Shown: positions 24,380 to 37,695 of the stretch, one piece after another
Numbering within the stretch: the first letter of the stretch is position 1
Layout of the letters: each line of letters opens with the position of its first letter
From: Marsupella aquatica
Taxonomy: Eukaryota; Plantae; Marchantiophyta
NCBI GenBank assembly: GCA_973895155.1
Contig: OZ316891.1
Span: 16,643,651 to 16,707,650, forward strand
Length of the DNA: 64,000 nucleotides
Reading direction: 5' to 3'
Position numbers and translations under genes: made by a program
Notes under the pieces: generated by a model
Told to the model about the DNA's origin: nothing
Seen by the model: only the letters and a program-made list of their open reading frames with translations
Databases searched by the model: none

Positions 24380-25907
24380 CGCTCTAGCTGCTTCACAACG
24401 AGACACCTGGCTAAAACAAACGTGCAGACGGAACCGAGTGTCAGTGAGCTAGTCTCGCCTTAAGATCCGATCCAAATACACGTGCAGAACGCGCCAACTG
24501 CCCCCTCAAATATTTCATGACCAATTCTACTCTCTCGACAACAGAGTTGCCAAAGATTTAAGTAGGTAACAAAAATCTATTCCAGAAACCTCAGGCCATG
24601 CTCTGCAACTCTCAGTGAGATAAACAATCCTCCACCCAGCAATTCTACAAACTCTAGACGACTAAATAGTGAAAATCTCAAGGAAATCCAATAATTCTCT
24701 TTTAAAGATAGAAAGAGAAACCACGAGGGAGGGTATCCTCGTGTTGGGAAAATCTATGTTATAGTCAGGATGAGCCCACTATGTCAATCCTCATCAATTT
24801 TTTGTAGGGACTGGTGATATATTCTGGACACTTTGCATGACGAGGAATCCCCGAAGGAAATCCCAAGCCGTGTGAATTGGCGAGCAAGGCTAGCTATCTG
24901 GATCTGATAGCCTGGCGTAATTTTGCTGACTGGAAACTATCCGAATGAAGGAGTCCAGAATTTTAAGAAGACTCCTATTTGGAGAGAGAAATAGCCGTCT
25001 CGTCTAACCTCGACTTGATAAGTTCTACAATCCCAAGTTACGTGGACAATTTGGGTCTGATAAGCACGCTCAAGCTCTACTGTGCTTCCAGACGAGAGTA
25101 GGACTGTGACAAAAGAGAGGTACGAGACGACAAAGAAGTGAGAACGTGAGCCAAAACGGGAGAATTTATCCGTCAAACATGTTGACATGCCATGCCAACC
25201 AATTTTATTCCGAAGGGAGACATGACGAGGAAGATACTTACGACGTATAGCTGATTGCTCTCAACTTGAAGTGGGCACAGCATTGTATGTATGAATGTAC
25301 GACGTGTGCAAACTGACAACCCAACCAGCCTGCCTCGTCCAAACCCAAAAACTGGTACCGTACAGGAAGCTGGGATGAGCTGTCCAAAATAGACCCAGAC
25401 GCAAACTAGAGCGAATAAAGACTTTGAAATCGAGCAGTCCAGCAGTAGTAACAGAAGCAGGGAGTAACGGGTCCGTTACTCCTCCGTTTGACCTATGACA
25501 AGGAGATCAAGTAATCAATTCTCACTTCGCCGCCTTGCCTAACCGCAAGACTACCTCAGCGTCGAGACGTAACAACACTACGAATGACAGTGTCTAACAA
25601 AAGGGCAGGCAGGCAAGTAGGGGTTGAAGATAAAAAGAGGGTTTGTGAGGATTTAGGCTCAAATTGTTCGTGGTAAGCTACTGAAGTTGGTTAGGCCTTC
25701 AGTAGTAATAGTAGTCAACTGCTAAAATTCACGCACCACAAGAGATCAGGCAATCTATCATCCCCCTCGGTAATTGAGAATTTGTGGAAGGAGGTGACAA
25801 CAAGAAGAGCAACAACGGCGATGAGGAGGACAACGACATGCTTACTATTAAAGAGCAGGAGGAGAACGAGAGGTCGACAGCTTCAACTAGGACCAAAACA
25901 CAGAAAC

Positions 25908-25908
<1 letters not shown>

Positions 25909-25946
<38 letters not shown>
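25909..25946. repeat. (TC)19 microsatellite
   Basis: Direct read; lies in the probable 5' leader of the ATI3-like gene. Confidence 0.95.
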
Positions 25947-25951
<5 letters not shown>

Positions 25952-26044
25952 CTGTGTGAATATTCACGATCATAAAACGATGTGTCATTCAGGTGCAAAA
26001 CCAGCTTGCTAGAGCAAAAGACACATACAGAGAGCCAATCAACC

Positions 26045-26184
26045 GAGGTGAGGCAGGGGAGCACTGACTCTTCTTTGTACAGCTCGAGGAGGTGAGGCAG
26101 GGGTGCACTGACTCTTCTTTGTACAGCTCGAGGAGGTGTCGCAGGGGAGCACTGACTCTTCTTTGTACAGCTCGAGGAGGTGAG
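26045..26184. repeat. 44-bp tandem repeat x3
   Basis: GAGGTGAGGCAGGGGAGCACTGACTCTTCTTTGTACAGCTCGAG at 26045, 26089 and 26133, nearly identical. Confidence 0.95.
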
Positions 26185-26346
26185 ACACTGGAATACTGGA
26201 TGACCAGCAGCAGCAGGAGGAGCAGGAGCTAATACTAGAAGATAATTGGTAAACTCGCTCGCCCTCAACCTCTCACAGGGACGTGCAGCACCTCTCCGCT
26301 GTACCCACGACGTCGACGTCAGGGAATGACTGCTGCAATGGATAGT

Positions 26347-26368
26347 TCTCTCTCTCTCTCTCTCTCTC
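26347..26368. repeat. (TC)11 microsatellite
   Basis: Direct read. Confidence 0.95.
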
Positions 26369-27520
26369 GCTCTCTGCCCGGACAAGAACAAAAATTGTGA
26401 TACATGTAGAACCAAAAACTAAAGTAGCAATTGACAGAGAGGGGACGAATGAAGGACGACCGCTAACTCATAAAACACTCTTTTCTGCTCCTCTCACCTC
26501 AATACCCTTCGCTGCCCTCCTTTTGCTCGCTCCTTCCAATCCACTCTAACGTTGGGTACTCAGCTGCCAGACAGAATCCTGCATCCCACTCCAAACTAGG
26601 CACTTCACCGGTCAGTCTATGAGTTCCCCTCCTCAGTCAGTTCCTTGTGCTCAATTTTCTTTCCCCACAATTTCTCGGGGACTGTACCGTGCGTTCCCAA
26701 GTACGGTACACAATCCTACTCCAGAGAATTTCTCCTCCCATGGACTCTCCCCTGCTACTCGTTTTGCTCCTTCCGCTTTATCCTTTCTCTTGGAGAAAAG
26801 ACCAAACTTAGAGCGACTTTGTGGCGTGGGTACTTGCAGTAAAGTACTAGTCGTGCGATAGGGGGAAGAGTTTTCCCCGTCATTGGTTTGCGCATGGTAT
26901 GCGTCTCGCTGCCCGGCAGCCCTCTCTGCCTGCCCGACCCGGCGGGGGGACGCATAAGGATAACGACGATTCCCAATTCTCCGCACCCCCTCGCTTCTGC
27001 TTGCGGGCCAGAGCCAAAAAGTTTCACCTCGACTATTGCGTTGCCTTTCTTTATTTTGGACGGCGCGGAGCCGTGAAGGTCTTTTTTTGTAGCGTGAAGC
27101 CCGGAGAGGCAGGGAAGACAAACGGTGGCGGAAAAAAGTGGCGTGGCAAATGACGCGGGGCAGGCCGATCGACATGAGCTGGAGAGCTCCGCTAAGCCAA
27201 ATCGAATTTTTCTCTGCCCTCGAGAGTTGGGTCCCAATATGTCAGAATGGGGTACCCTTGTCAATAGATCGAAAGTCTCTCTCACACTTCGGGCAGTTGC
27301 CAATACCTTCTGGTACAAAAGGGTTAAAACCATTTTTGCGCATGACCCTGTCCAAGAGTGTTGTGACTAGGGGTAGCGGGAATGACTGATGGGGCACCAA
27401 ATGTGAGACCTGACCAATCCGCCCAAGAGTCGTAACTGGAACTTAGGACTGACTGCTATGAGGAGAGGACCCAGTTTCAGGGTGTTTATTTACTCACCTG
27501 GCAATTTGCACACACTGCTC

Positions 27521-28224
27521 AACCCTCCCAAATCTGAGAGTCCAAAAATGTCATTCCCAGGCTACACCTTGTTTTGGAGCACCCAAGTGCATCATGGGAT
27601 GCCATGAAATGAGGTTTTTTTTTCAATATTTGAAACTCCCTATTGTATACAACTCTGAGGGTCAATGTGAAAATATTGCATGGCCGAACTAGGATCCTGA
27701 TGGTAGTCGTGTACAGACTCTGGAGGCTTGAGTTTTTTGAGAGTGTCCGCCTGTAAGCACGAGAGGTGACAACTTGCAACGTGGTCAGGCTGGTTATGGC
27801 AGACATTATATAGCTCCTAGTGAAAGACCATTACAGAGTTTACATGCTAGGGCAAATGTGAAGGGATTGGCACTAACCCCTCTCAAATCTGAGAGCCCCA
27901 AAATATCATTCCCCGACTACACCCTGTTTTGGAGCGCCCAAGTGCAGCATGGGAGACCATGAAATGGGTTTTTTTTTTCAATATTTGAGATGCCCTATTG
28001 TATACAACTCTGAGGGTCAATGTAAAAATATTGCATGGCCTAACTAGGATCCTGATGGTAGTCGTGTACAGACTGGAGGCTTGAGTTTTTTATTGTGTCC
28101 GCCTGTACGCACGAGAGGTGACAACCTGCAACGTGGTCAGGCTGGTTATGGCAGACATTATATAGCTCCTAGTGACAGACCATTACAGAGTTTACATGCT
28201 AGGGCAAATGTGAAGGGATTGGCA
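27521..28224. repeat. about 352-bp direct tandem duplication
   Basis: 27521-27872 and 27875-28224 share long identical blocks (e.g. CAACGTGGTCAGGCTGGTTATGGCAGACATTATATAGCTCCTAGTGA; both end GAAGGGATTGGCA). Confidence 0.92.
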
Positions 28225-29581
28225 GTTGCGATTTCCCAAAATCTGTAGAGGACACAGGGCAGAGTTGAGTTGAGTCGACTTCTTCATCGCTTCGGTATAA
28301 TTTTGCAGGTTCGTCCTGGTGGAATGGCAAACGTGGCCCCAGAAAAATCGGTACGCGAGACACTGCCGTTCACTCTTCAGTTATTATCGTAGTATAATAC
28401 TGTCAGTAGTGTCGTGAGGTGTACTACAGGCAAACCCTCAAGATTATTCTCAAATTCTCAAACCTCCTGGAGGTTTTGGCTTTGGTCACCGTAGCACAGG
28501 TTTTTCAAGTAGTACAGTAGCAGACTCGCAAAAGTTTGTCTTACCATTCTTGATTGAAGTCCATAATTCATACTTTTGGGCTGAGGATCTTTTGAGACAC
28601 CCTATGATATAGTTCAGTGTGCCCTGGAAGCAGGGCTAATTTATGTGCATGTCCGCCTGGCAGACAATAGTGGAAACAAACTATCTTCCTCTAAACCAGG
28701 GTATGCCTACATATACAGGGATGCGTCAAAACCTTGGTAAGTCCACTCCTTAGAGCAAATCCAACCCATGGGTACTAAAACTCGATTTAAAATTGCATCA
28801 AAACCTTTTTCCATCAAAATCTTTCTTATTTTTCTTTGCTGAAGACATCCTAAAAATGATTCACAAAACACTTATTGGATATAAAGTTTTCCTATCCCCA
28901 ATGGAAGCAAATTTATGCCAAGATGTCTATATTTACAAGGAGATGAGAACATCAAAGATGTTCTAAATAGAGCAAGATCATTCACTCCAATAATAGATCA
29001 GGCCTCTAAAATTGGCTTTTCAAACTTACTGGAGCATAGAATAACATATGTCTGTTGACCAAGAGAGACCAAAGTGAGTAAGTTGAGAACTACATGGTTG
29101 GTCAAGGGTGTGTTAATGTGTGATTCTAGACCACAAAGATTTGAGCAAGTTAAACAATGTTTGGCTTCTCATGAATTTATTGGCTTATATTAAGAGCAAA
29201 GCACAACTATTTAATATGTGCCAAAGGTGTAGAGCAAAGACTCAACTTGCAATGGCACGCACATGACCATCTAACATATATGTAATCAACAAAGAGAGAT
29301 ATGTGGGACTCCGGTGAGGCTCCCTGGGCCCTTAGCTTAACTAATATGGGACCCCCCGTGCGAACCGCTGAAGGGGTTTTTTAATCCCATTTCTTATAAC
29401 CTAACAAGCCCATGTTTAATGATATGTTTGATTATAATGGATGTAGGGGTTTTTTTTAAACTATCCAAAGTATCATTTCGCAAGGGTGCGTAATATGGGC
29501 TTGCCATGCATCACCACCAGATTGGTACATGTGTCTAGACATGGTAGGGTGGGTTTAGGGTTTAATACCTGCCTAAATACA

Positions 29582-30180
29582 TGATGAAAAAATGGATTAC
29601 CTCATGGAAAACACCGCTACTAGCACTTGCTCTCCAAGAAGTCAAGACTGACACCTTTAGACTAGATTTACCTTGAGAACTGTTCTTCCTGACTATCTAT
29701 CCATCTCAGCGGCACCTGACGAAGGATGTGGAGGGACTTCGTTGCTACTACACCCTTCTCTCAATATTATTGAGATTGGTAGGATTGATAAAGGACGAGC
29801 TGTATGCATGGGCACGTGTCATCCACCCGGAAGGGAGCTTTGGCCTCATCAGCATTTATACCCCCAACACCCCGGGTGAGCGGGCCCTTTTATGGCATGA
29901 ACTTAGATCTCTCTGCCTCAGGACAAATGGATACTTTGTGGCAACTTCAACATGCCGGAGAACAGCGAGGATGCGTTGGGATCCTCACCGTTGATCAAAG
30001 GCAGAGAGGCTGAATTTTGGAGATTTTTCAAAATGCGCTTTGACTTAGGATGCTTTGGAATTTGGCCAGGAATTTCTTGGTGCCAGATTCACATGGAGGA
30101 GAAGCATTAACGGAAAATGTGTTCTCTCCCGACTTGACTGAAATTATTTGAGCAACAAAGGATGGTGGACCGGAGCAATG
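29582..30180 (+). pseudogene. L1 endonuclease fragment related to 3280-3880
   Basis: LALQEVK..F RLD, GGTSLLLHPSL, FGLISIY, FLGARFTWRR and SRLD motifs with frameshifts, colinear with the L1 endonuclease above. Confidence 0.85.
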
Positions 30181-33100
30181 GATAGTTAAATTGGTGGATT
30201 TATCTTGTTTAGAATTTAGAGAAGCCCTTTCAGCGACTTAGCATCCTCCTGTTGTAAGGGGCTTCCCGTTTACAGATGTCACCTTTTGTCTTGACTTTGT
30301 TCCACTCTTTGACCTCTGTGGTCTGCCCTTGTGGCTTTGTTGCATTTTTTGGCCCCCCTTTCCCGTAGGGTTTTGCAGGTTATATATTTTGGAAAAAAAT
30401 AATTAATTTAAATTAGAAAAAATTGGTGGTTTTACTGGACTTTGTAAGCCAAGGAAATTTTATAGAGGACTATCTAGCTACTCAACAACTTACAGTAGTT
30501 GGCAAGTTAGCTCCTATACTGTATGCTCTATCTGATAGGGAGATAAGTATGGAGAGTAGAAGTAAGCTTGCAAGGTAGTTAGCTCAAACTAGAGTTAATA
30601 GCCAGGGAATTATTGGTAGCTAACTCTAGTGCCTGGTAAGGTTAACTAGAGCGAAACATAATTGAGGTTAAGGATTGTTGAAGTTAAACTAGTGGAGAAG
30701 GCCTCCACCATGGAGGAGCACTTCATTGTGCTCATACTAGAGGTCAATTGTCAAGATTTGGAGACCGGAGAGAGAGAGGAGAGGAACCCTCATAGAGGAA
30801 CTTGTTAGCTTGCCAGGCTATGGAAGATGTATGGTGTTAGTGCATATTTAGTGATTTCTTCTCTTGGCCATGGACGTAGCCCAGATGGGGTGAGCCACAT
30901 ATCTTTGTGTCGGTGTCAACTGTCTATTGTATAATTATTGGTGTATATAATGTTGTGCGCACTGTCCGATATTTATCTCAATGCATGTTGACCATATCAA
31001 GTCTCCACAAACTAAGCTCTCTCTATCTCCTATATGATTCCGTAACAATGAGTCTCAGTTTCACTAATTGCCTTAGGCCTGCTAGTGAATATAGTAGTAA
31101 AACATCTAACTTTAACCAAACACTTGACTACAATTAGACTAATTGCAATAACATAATAACTCTAGACCTAAGAGTAAATACTTAACACCCAACAACCCTG
31201 CAAAAATTTGAAAATGTAGGGCCTGGCCAGAAAGGTAGTGTGGATGCTCTAAGAAGCATTCATCCATAAATGCAATAGACAATTACATAGAGTTTCATGC
31301 ACCTAATTCTGCAATATCCCATCCTTGTGACCTGATAATACATTTTGGGAGTGAATAAGCAATTTCCCATGAACTTATTGGGTTTAGACCATGCACATAA
31401 TTATGTAGAAGTGCATACTGTGGATAAGTGCATGGGTGCCTTCCTGGCCCTACACTGATCCACATTTGCAATTATCAGTAATGAACCCACTTCTTCTCTA
31501 CACCCTAGACTGAACTTGAGAAGGGTTTATTGCTGATAATTATGTTGAACACATCAATCAATGATGTACATCAACCCAATGTGGACAAGATTAAAGGCAA
31601 GATGGTTAACTAATAAAGATGAGAAGCTAGAGTGTGGGTCTAGGTTTCTAGAGTGAAATACTTTAGACTGCAACTCTAGGGCCCCACCAAAATCTATGTG
31701 GATGGAAAAAAGCATGAGATATTTTCTATGTCAAAATGATGATCATACATGATGATGTTTGTCATCATATCTATCAAGATTCAAAGAATGTGCATTTAGG
31801 CTCGTCCTTTATGTCATGCATAGATTTGGGGACGAGCTTTTGGACTGAACTTTGCGAAGGAGGCTTTGGCAATTGACCAGTGTAAATATCATAAGAGTCG
31901 CCACTTGGAACGTGTGTGGTGCTGAGTGGAGCCAGTTTATGGAATCTGTTATGCAGGGATTTGGAAAATACCTCTTTCGCCCATGAAGCCTTTCTCTGGC
32001 AGGAATGATGGCAGACAGGCACGGCAGAGGTAGGATCGAGAATACCATCCACAAATCATTCCCTGGGCATTGTCCTACCACCACTTGTCACTGTGAAGCT
32101 TCTCCCAGGGGACCAGGACTGCTTTCTATGGCGGTTTCTACGGACTGTTCTACTTTCCCACCCTACCTTATCCTCTAGGGCTCTTTAAAGCTCAAAGGTA
32201 AAGCTCAAAGGTGACTTATGAACAGGGTATCCACGACATGACCTGCTACATACTAGTACAGTAAGCTGATTCCTTTCTTGACGTTTCGGGTATCCAGTCT
32301 AGTTTTCCATACTTTGTAGCAGTTCTTTTTCCCTCTTCCCACCTCCATCGCTCGCTGGTCATTTCCATTTTTTGACCGTTTCTGTGGTTCTAAAGGTTCT
32401 TCCTCTCATATCTCATCCCATCGAATATCACAAGGACTAACAGTGTGCAATACTTGGGTGCTCTTTAAGAATATGTATGAACTTCTCTCATAATTGCTAT
32501 GGAAAATGATGTTCCTTTGCCCAGAAATATTTTAATGTACTTACCGTTGTGGAGGTTTTCTACCTTTCAGCCTTGGATTGCGTACTTCCCTAGGTGATTA
32601 ATGGCGAGGAGATCCATTTTAGGTTGAATAGGTCTCACTGTCAGGGTCTTAAATGTGGGTACGTTGGCCCCTTCTCCGAAACGGGAGCCAATTTGACAGA
32701 TCTCAACAACCAAACAACAACCAAGTGAGTAGCGAGGATCTACTGTATATTGTACGTAGTGTCTAATTTAGTGCTCCGACAACTGTCATCTCTGTGTTTA
32801 GAAGAACTAGTGGCTCTTCTCCGAACTGTTTCGTGCTGTGTTTAGGGTTTAGGGTGGACGGCAACTATTCTTGTTGGGATGATTGGGTACATACCCCAAT
32901 TCGCGACTCCGTGTATTACTGGGATTGCTGCCATCACTCAGTGCACGAGCCAAGGAGGAGGATTGAATTGGTACGATGAGATTCAATTATCGATCTCTCA
33001 AAATGTCCAGTAAGCGCCAAACTTTCGTTGCGTGATGTTGTTGCAATGGCGGGTGGTGGGTTGTGGATTGGTTCCATCTGTTCTAGGTTGCTCACACTTG

Positions 33101-36100
33101 TCGCAGAAAGGAACTAAACGAAGCGCATCTTAAATTTCATAGCTGTTCGGAAGTCGGGTTGAGGAATCGGTGGAGGCACATCTTGGTTGTCACTATGTTT
33201 CTGGCATTGTGCATCTCAAACTGTTTAGCCAAGCCAACCAGTGACTGTTTTACGCTACCATAGGAGATGAAAATATTTTCTCGAAAGACGGCCAGCTCTC
33301 CGAGACACTTACTTTGGTGAAGTTGGCTGCCCCCAAGGTACACCAGTGGGTCTGTAAAGTTCACAGGTACCATTTCATTGTTGTTTAGATGTCAGTGTAT
33401 CTGTCGTAGATGGCAAGCTTTTCATGTTATACAACAAATCTGGATTGGAAACGTGTATGAAAGAGTGAAATCTTGCTATAGATGTGTCTTCACTTCCATG
33501 CCAGGTACAGTAGGTTGGCTAAACTTCAAACGGAACAATTGAGTAGAGAAAAGTGAAGGCTATCTTGTAGGTCAGTGTTCCGGTCCCTCTACAAAATGTT
33601 GTGATGGATGACCTAAGGCTTCAAATGAACGAGTCCCAACTTTTGCTTCTCAGCTCGTTTGCATTCTCCCGTACGTTTTATCAACATATAGAACAGGTTA
33701 GGTCGGGTGAGGGAGCTAATGCTTGAGAGGAAGGGCCGCACATGACGATCATGAAACGTTAATTTGAACTAATCGGTTCTTGTATGCAAGGCCTGAAATG
33801 ATACATGATTGTAGGATCACTTGTGGCGTGATCCTACGTTGGATGAGATCGAGCTTTGATGCGCTTTGATTTAGTGACATGGAGTTCTAGATACCTGGAG
33901 AACGATAAAGGCAGGTACAAATTTGGTTGCAAGGTCGGCGTTAAACGGCAAAGCTGAAAATTTCAACCAGAACAGTTTCCATCCTTATGGCTATATCCTC
34001 CTTGCCCACCCATGTATGCACGACGCATCAGTCCAGAAATCATACATAGCCAAAATTCCCAACAGAAAATACACCGCGTCTAAGGTAAGATTAAATTCAA
34101 CGGGTTCATATGCGAAGTTTATTTAGCTAGGGTGTGTCTAGCTTCAGTGACAAAGAGGAATGTAGAGCAGGCGAGCTAAATGTTCGATGCTGACTTCTTC
34201 AAGTGGGCAGTCAATAACCCTGCCAAGCAAGAAAAACGCACATAAAGCATAACGCGCCTCTAACACCATCTGGGTGTTATTCAGTCCCAAAATAAGAATA
34301 GACCTGTCAAAAACCAATTTGAACCCGCGGCACATCATGATAAGGTGGCAGCACAAATCAACTTCAAGCCACATGACCAGATTGAAACCGCTCAATAAAG
34401 AACTCGGGGGAATTCAAATGAGAGAGCTTGCTGACTGCGTTCAGCAGTCTTAACTACAATACTAGAACACGTTCAACAAAGCGGCGTGTCAACACCGGTC
34501 TAGTTCGTGCCTTGTACTTTTGCCCGTTTCCTTCCCACTGGTCTCCCATGTGCCCTAGGCGTATGGACTACATACTCTCTACCTGAACCCTAAACCACTC
34601 AATCAAATTCCCTTCATCCCTTCAAACCTTGTTCGAGTACTCGTTTCTGATGGTCCTTGAGTCTGTGTCCTTAGTTTACAAGACAATGAGACAGATGCCA
34701 TAATTCTTGGCACATTCTCCCCCCGGTCTGTAGTCTCCTATCAGTAAAACGACGAGGTCTCCTCGCTGTAACTAACACCAAATTGTGCATCCTACAAATT
34801 GCCAGCCATCCTGTGCATCCTTCCGCTCATGTAATAGTTTCTAATCTACAAGAGAGGCCAACATTCGGGAGTGGAAGAGAAGTGGTCGTCGATATAATCC
34901 CTCGACGCCACCTCAAGATAGTTCCACAAGCAGAAACTTGAACCACGTACCTGAGTTTGGAACATTGCCCTCATAATGCACCAAGTGCAGATGTTCGCAA
35001 AGCATGAGAGAAAACTACTTATATAGCAAAAAACATTTAGCCCTTCTCTACGGCAAGAGCCAAGAAGCCCCAGAGCGCTTGTGGATAAAAGCAAGAATGC
35101 AGCAATGTATACAAGCCATCAAGGCAGTCCCCATTCACCAATTAGTCTTTGTTTGGTACCCCAGCCCGGTTGTAAGACAAACATTGAACATGTGTAAAGC
35201 GCGTGCTTGGCAATACCTCGCATACTTGAAGGCAACAAATGAATCAAGAACTCTACTCAAAACAAGACGCCTTGCTCATGCACATAGCTATCCAACTACG
35301 TATTGTCCTGTTCTGTGTCAGGCCAACTCTTCTAACCCCCTTCGCACAAATGCTTGCAATGGTAAAAATGAATCTCAACCAGCTTACAGCGAGGTCCTTA
35401 TTTTATTCCATCCACGAATTTGCGTATGTGGAAAGAACCAGAAGGATCAACAGTAAACAAAACAGCTGTTATCATCACATAAAACACACGGACTTTCCTA
35501 TTAAGGATACCCAACCACGCCGACCCCAGGATAGTTCAGGGTATGTCTCGAGATCAAGTCAAGTGCATCCCAACCCTGTCACAGGTCATAAACTTTCTCC
35601 ACTTAACCTTCGCTGAATGTGAACTGCCACGAGGAGAGAAAATGGAATTCAATCAACATCTTTTAAACACATGATCCTGCCCTTACAACAAGGTAGGTGA
35701 TGACACTAAGATTTAACTGCAGACTATACTCCAACCTCCAGACAGTCCAATTTAAAGAGCCCAAACTGTATTTACTGCAGCGGCGCAAAACGGGTTGCTC
35801 GATGAAGATGCTCCAATTTCTTCCCACTGAACGCAAGTCACGATGAACCTACCACTTACAGAAACTTCTCGATACTTCAGACCTGGCCCTGTTCATCACA
35901 TTGGCAAGTGCAGCTCTAACAATGTCTCGGTGCATTTATTTGCTTAATTAAGAAACACCGGAGCAGCAAGTTTCATCAAGAATATTCTAGAATGATGCAG
36001 GAAATTGAAATCGAGGCAGGACCGGGGGTGTAGTACAACAGCTGCATCCCACATTGAGGAAACTACAAATTACTTGCGAGAACCAAACCTTCCGCCAGCA

Positions 36101-37695
36101 CCTTGTTAAATTAGTCGCAAACCTAGTAAGAGTCCTGACAGACACTTCGATAACAAAAATGGTTGTGAAAACAGGCCAATAGGATGACCTGAAAATACTT
36201 CGCAAACTAGCCTGGATGGACTATTAACGAAGGCAAGGCTAAGGCTGTATATAATGCTTCGGTTGTATTACGCAAATAAGGAGCTTTAACGTAACAAACC
36301 GGTACAAGGGAAAAATGCATGCAAAGGAACAGGTCCAAGCTCACTATTACCTTAACAAATGGGCCTTAAGCAAACATGACAGTTGATTGGGTTGAGACCA
36401 GAGCATACTGAGATTTGAGGATATATAATGACAAAAACTCGGCATACCAGATCAGGTACCCTGTTCTGTGCACCAATGACTCCACAAGTCAGAAATTTCA
36501 GGTTTGCAAATGTCAGAATAACTTTCTCGTTCAATCGCACCACACTTTGCCCAAGTTCACAAAAGATAGTATTTCCTTGCTAAGTACAACTCTGCACCGC
36601 TTCATGACTGCTTAGAGAGCCGCCACAGGTCTTCAGAGTAGATTATGAGTGAATTAGATCTCTGGATGGGCTCGCAGTTGATCTGTCAATTCAATGCTCC
36701 AACAACAGCTACACGAACCTCAACCAAAAGATAGCCGTGCAAGCAAGTCCAGGCATCACCCTGCAAATGCAACCGCTACAACGAGAATGCCGTGGCGGAC
36801 AACAAATTCCGATGTAAGCCATAGAAATCTGCATCGTAGGTATCAAAGGTGCTACAAAAAACTGTGAAGTACCCAGTATCAATTTAACTGGACCTCAACT
36901 TTCTTTACACAATCTCATGGAGCCTAGGTCATGCCTGAGTTATGGGCAAAAAGAATAAAAAATAATAATCCAACAAAATTGGCCCATTGCTTACAATTTC
37001 AATGGTTGGAGTCTAATTTGAACACAACTACACTCCGCATCCGACTGGCATCCGACTTGGAGCACTTCAACTACTACTAACTACGTTGGCAACAAGTAGC
37101 TATACGTTACAGCCCCCAACTGTTTGACAATTTGAAAGAACCTACACTTTTAGGGAGCATCATGTGATGCCATTGCTATGAGTAGGGTAAGCGCCCTTGA
37201 GCATTTGGTACTTGATACTTGCAGAATAAGCAATATCTTCAAAGGCTCTGCAATGTACAGTTTCACAAGTATAATCCCAGCCACTAACCACTTTGAGTGC
37301 CACTGCCAATACAATCATTTAGCATAACAGCAGCTCGAAGCTCCTACCTGAGACCGGTGACGATTTCTGACCAAAGAAAATCCCCCCTACACCAGAGGTC
37401 GCAATACTTGTACATGCTCCTGCAGTCTACACCAGTACTATCAGCTGAACGACTTCGCTGTTAATTCAGCGTGACAACATGCCAAACGTTCTTGGTGTGG
37501 AATTTGGAATGTGTTCCTGTTTCAGCTCGAGGCTTTCGACTCTGTACAGTGTTATTCAAAGTGCCTCGTGCGAAAGCAAGAGATCATCCCAGAAATCGAT
37601 CTCAATCAAGTATGCCACCAACTTAGTACCATCAAATTTCTGTACTCGAGATTCTCTAGATAAGCCCTAAGTCAAGTTGGAGTACTTCATTATTA

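Noticed and set aside
26045-26184. CRISPR-like array
   Set aside because: Units are head-to-tail without unique spacers, in a eukaryotic context with no cas genes.
30443-31187. Possible solo LTR (TGTAAG..TAACA)
   Set aside because: Composition is LTR-like, but no TSD, PBS or second copy supports the boundaries.
31880-32050. IRVATWNVCG peptide resembling an L1 endonuclease start
   Set aside because: Too short; the similarity does not continue.
33811-33837. 10-bp perfect hairpin, possible snoRNA/miRNA
   Set aside because: Too short, with no convincing box motifs or extended stem.
32200-37400. Many short ORFs and scattered splice-like sites
   Set aside because: No recognisable protein motif or consistent exon chain; may be UTR or non-coding transcript.
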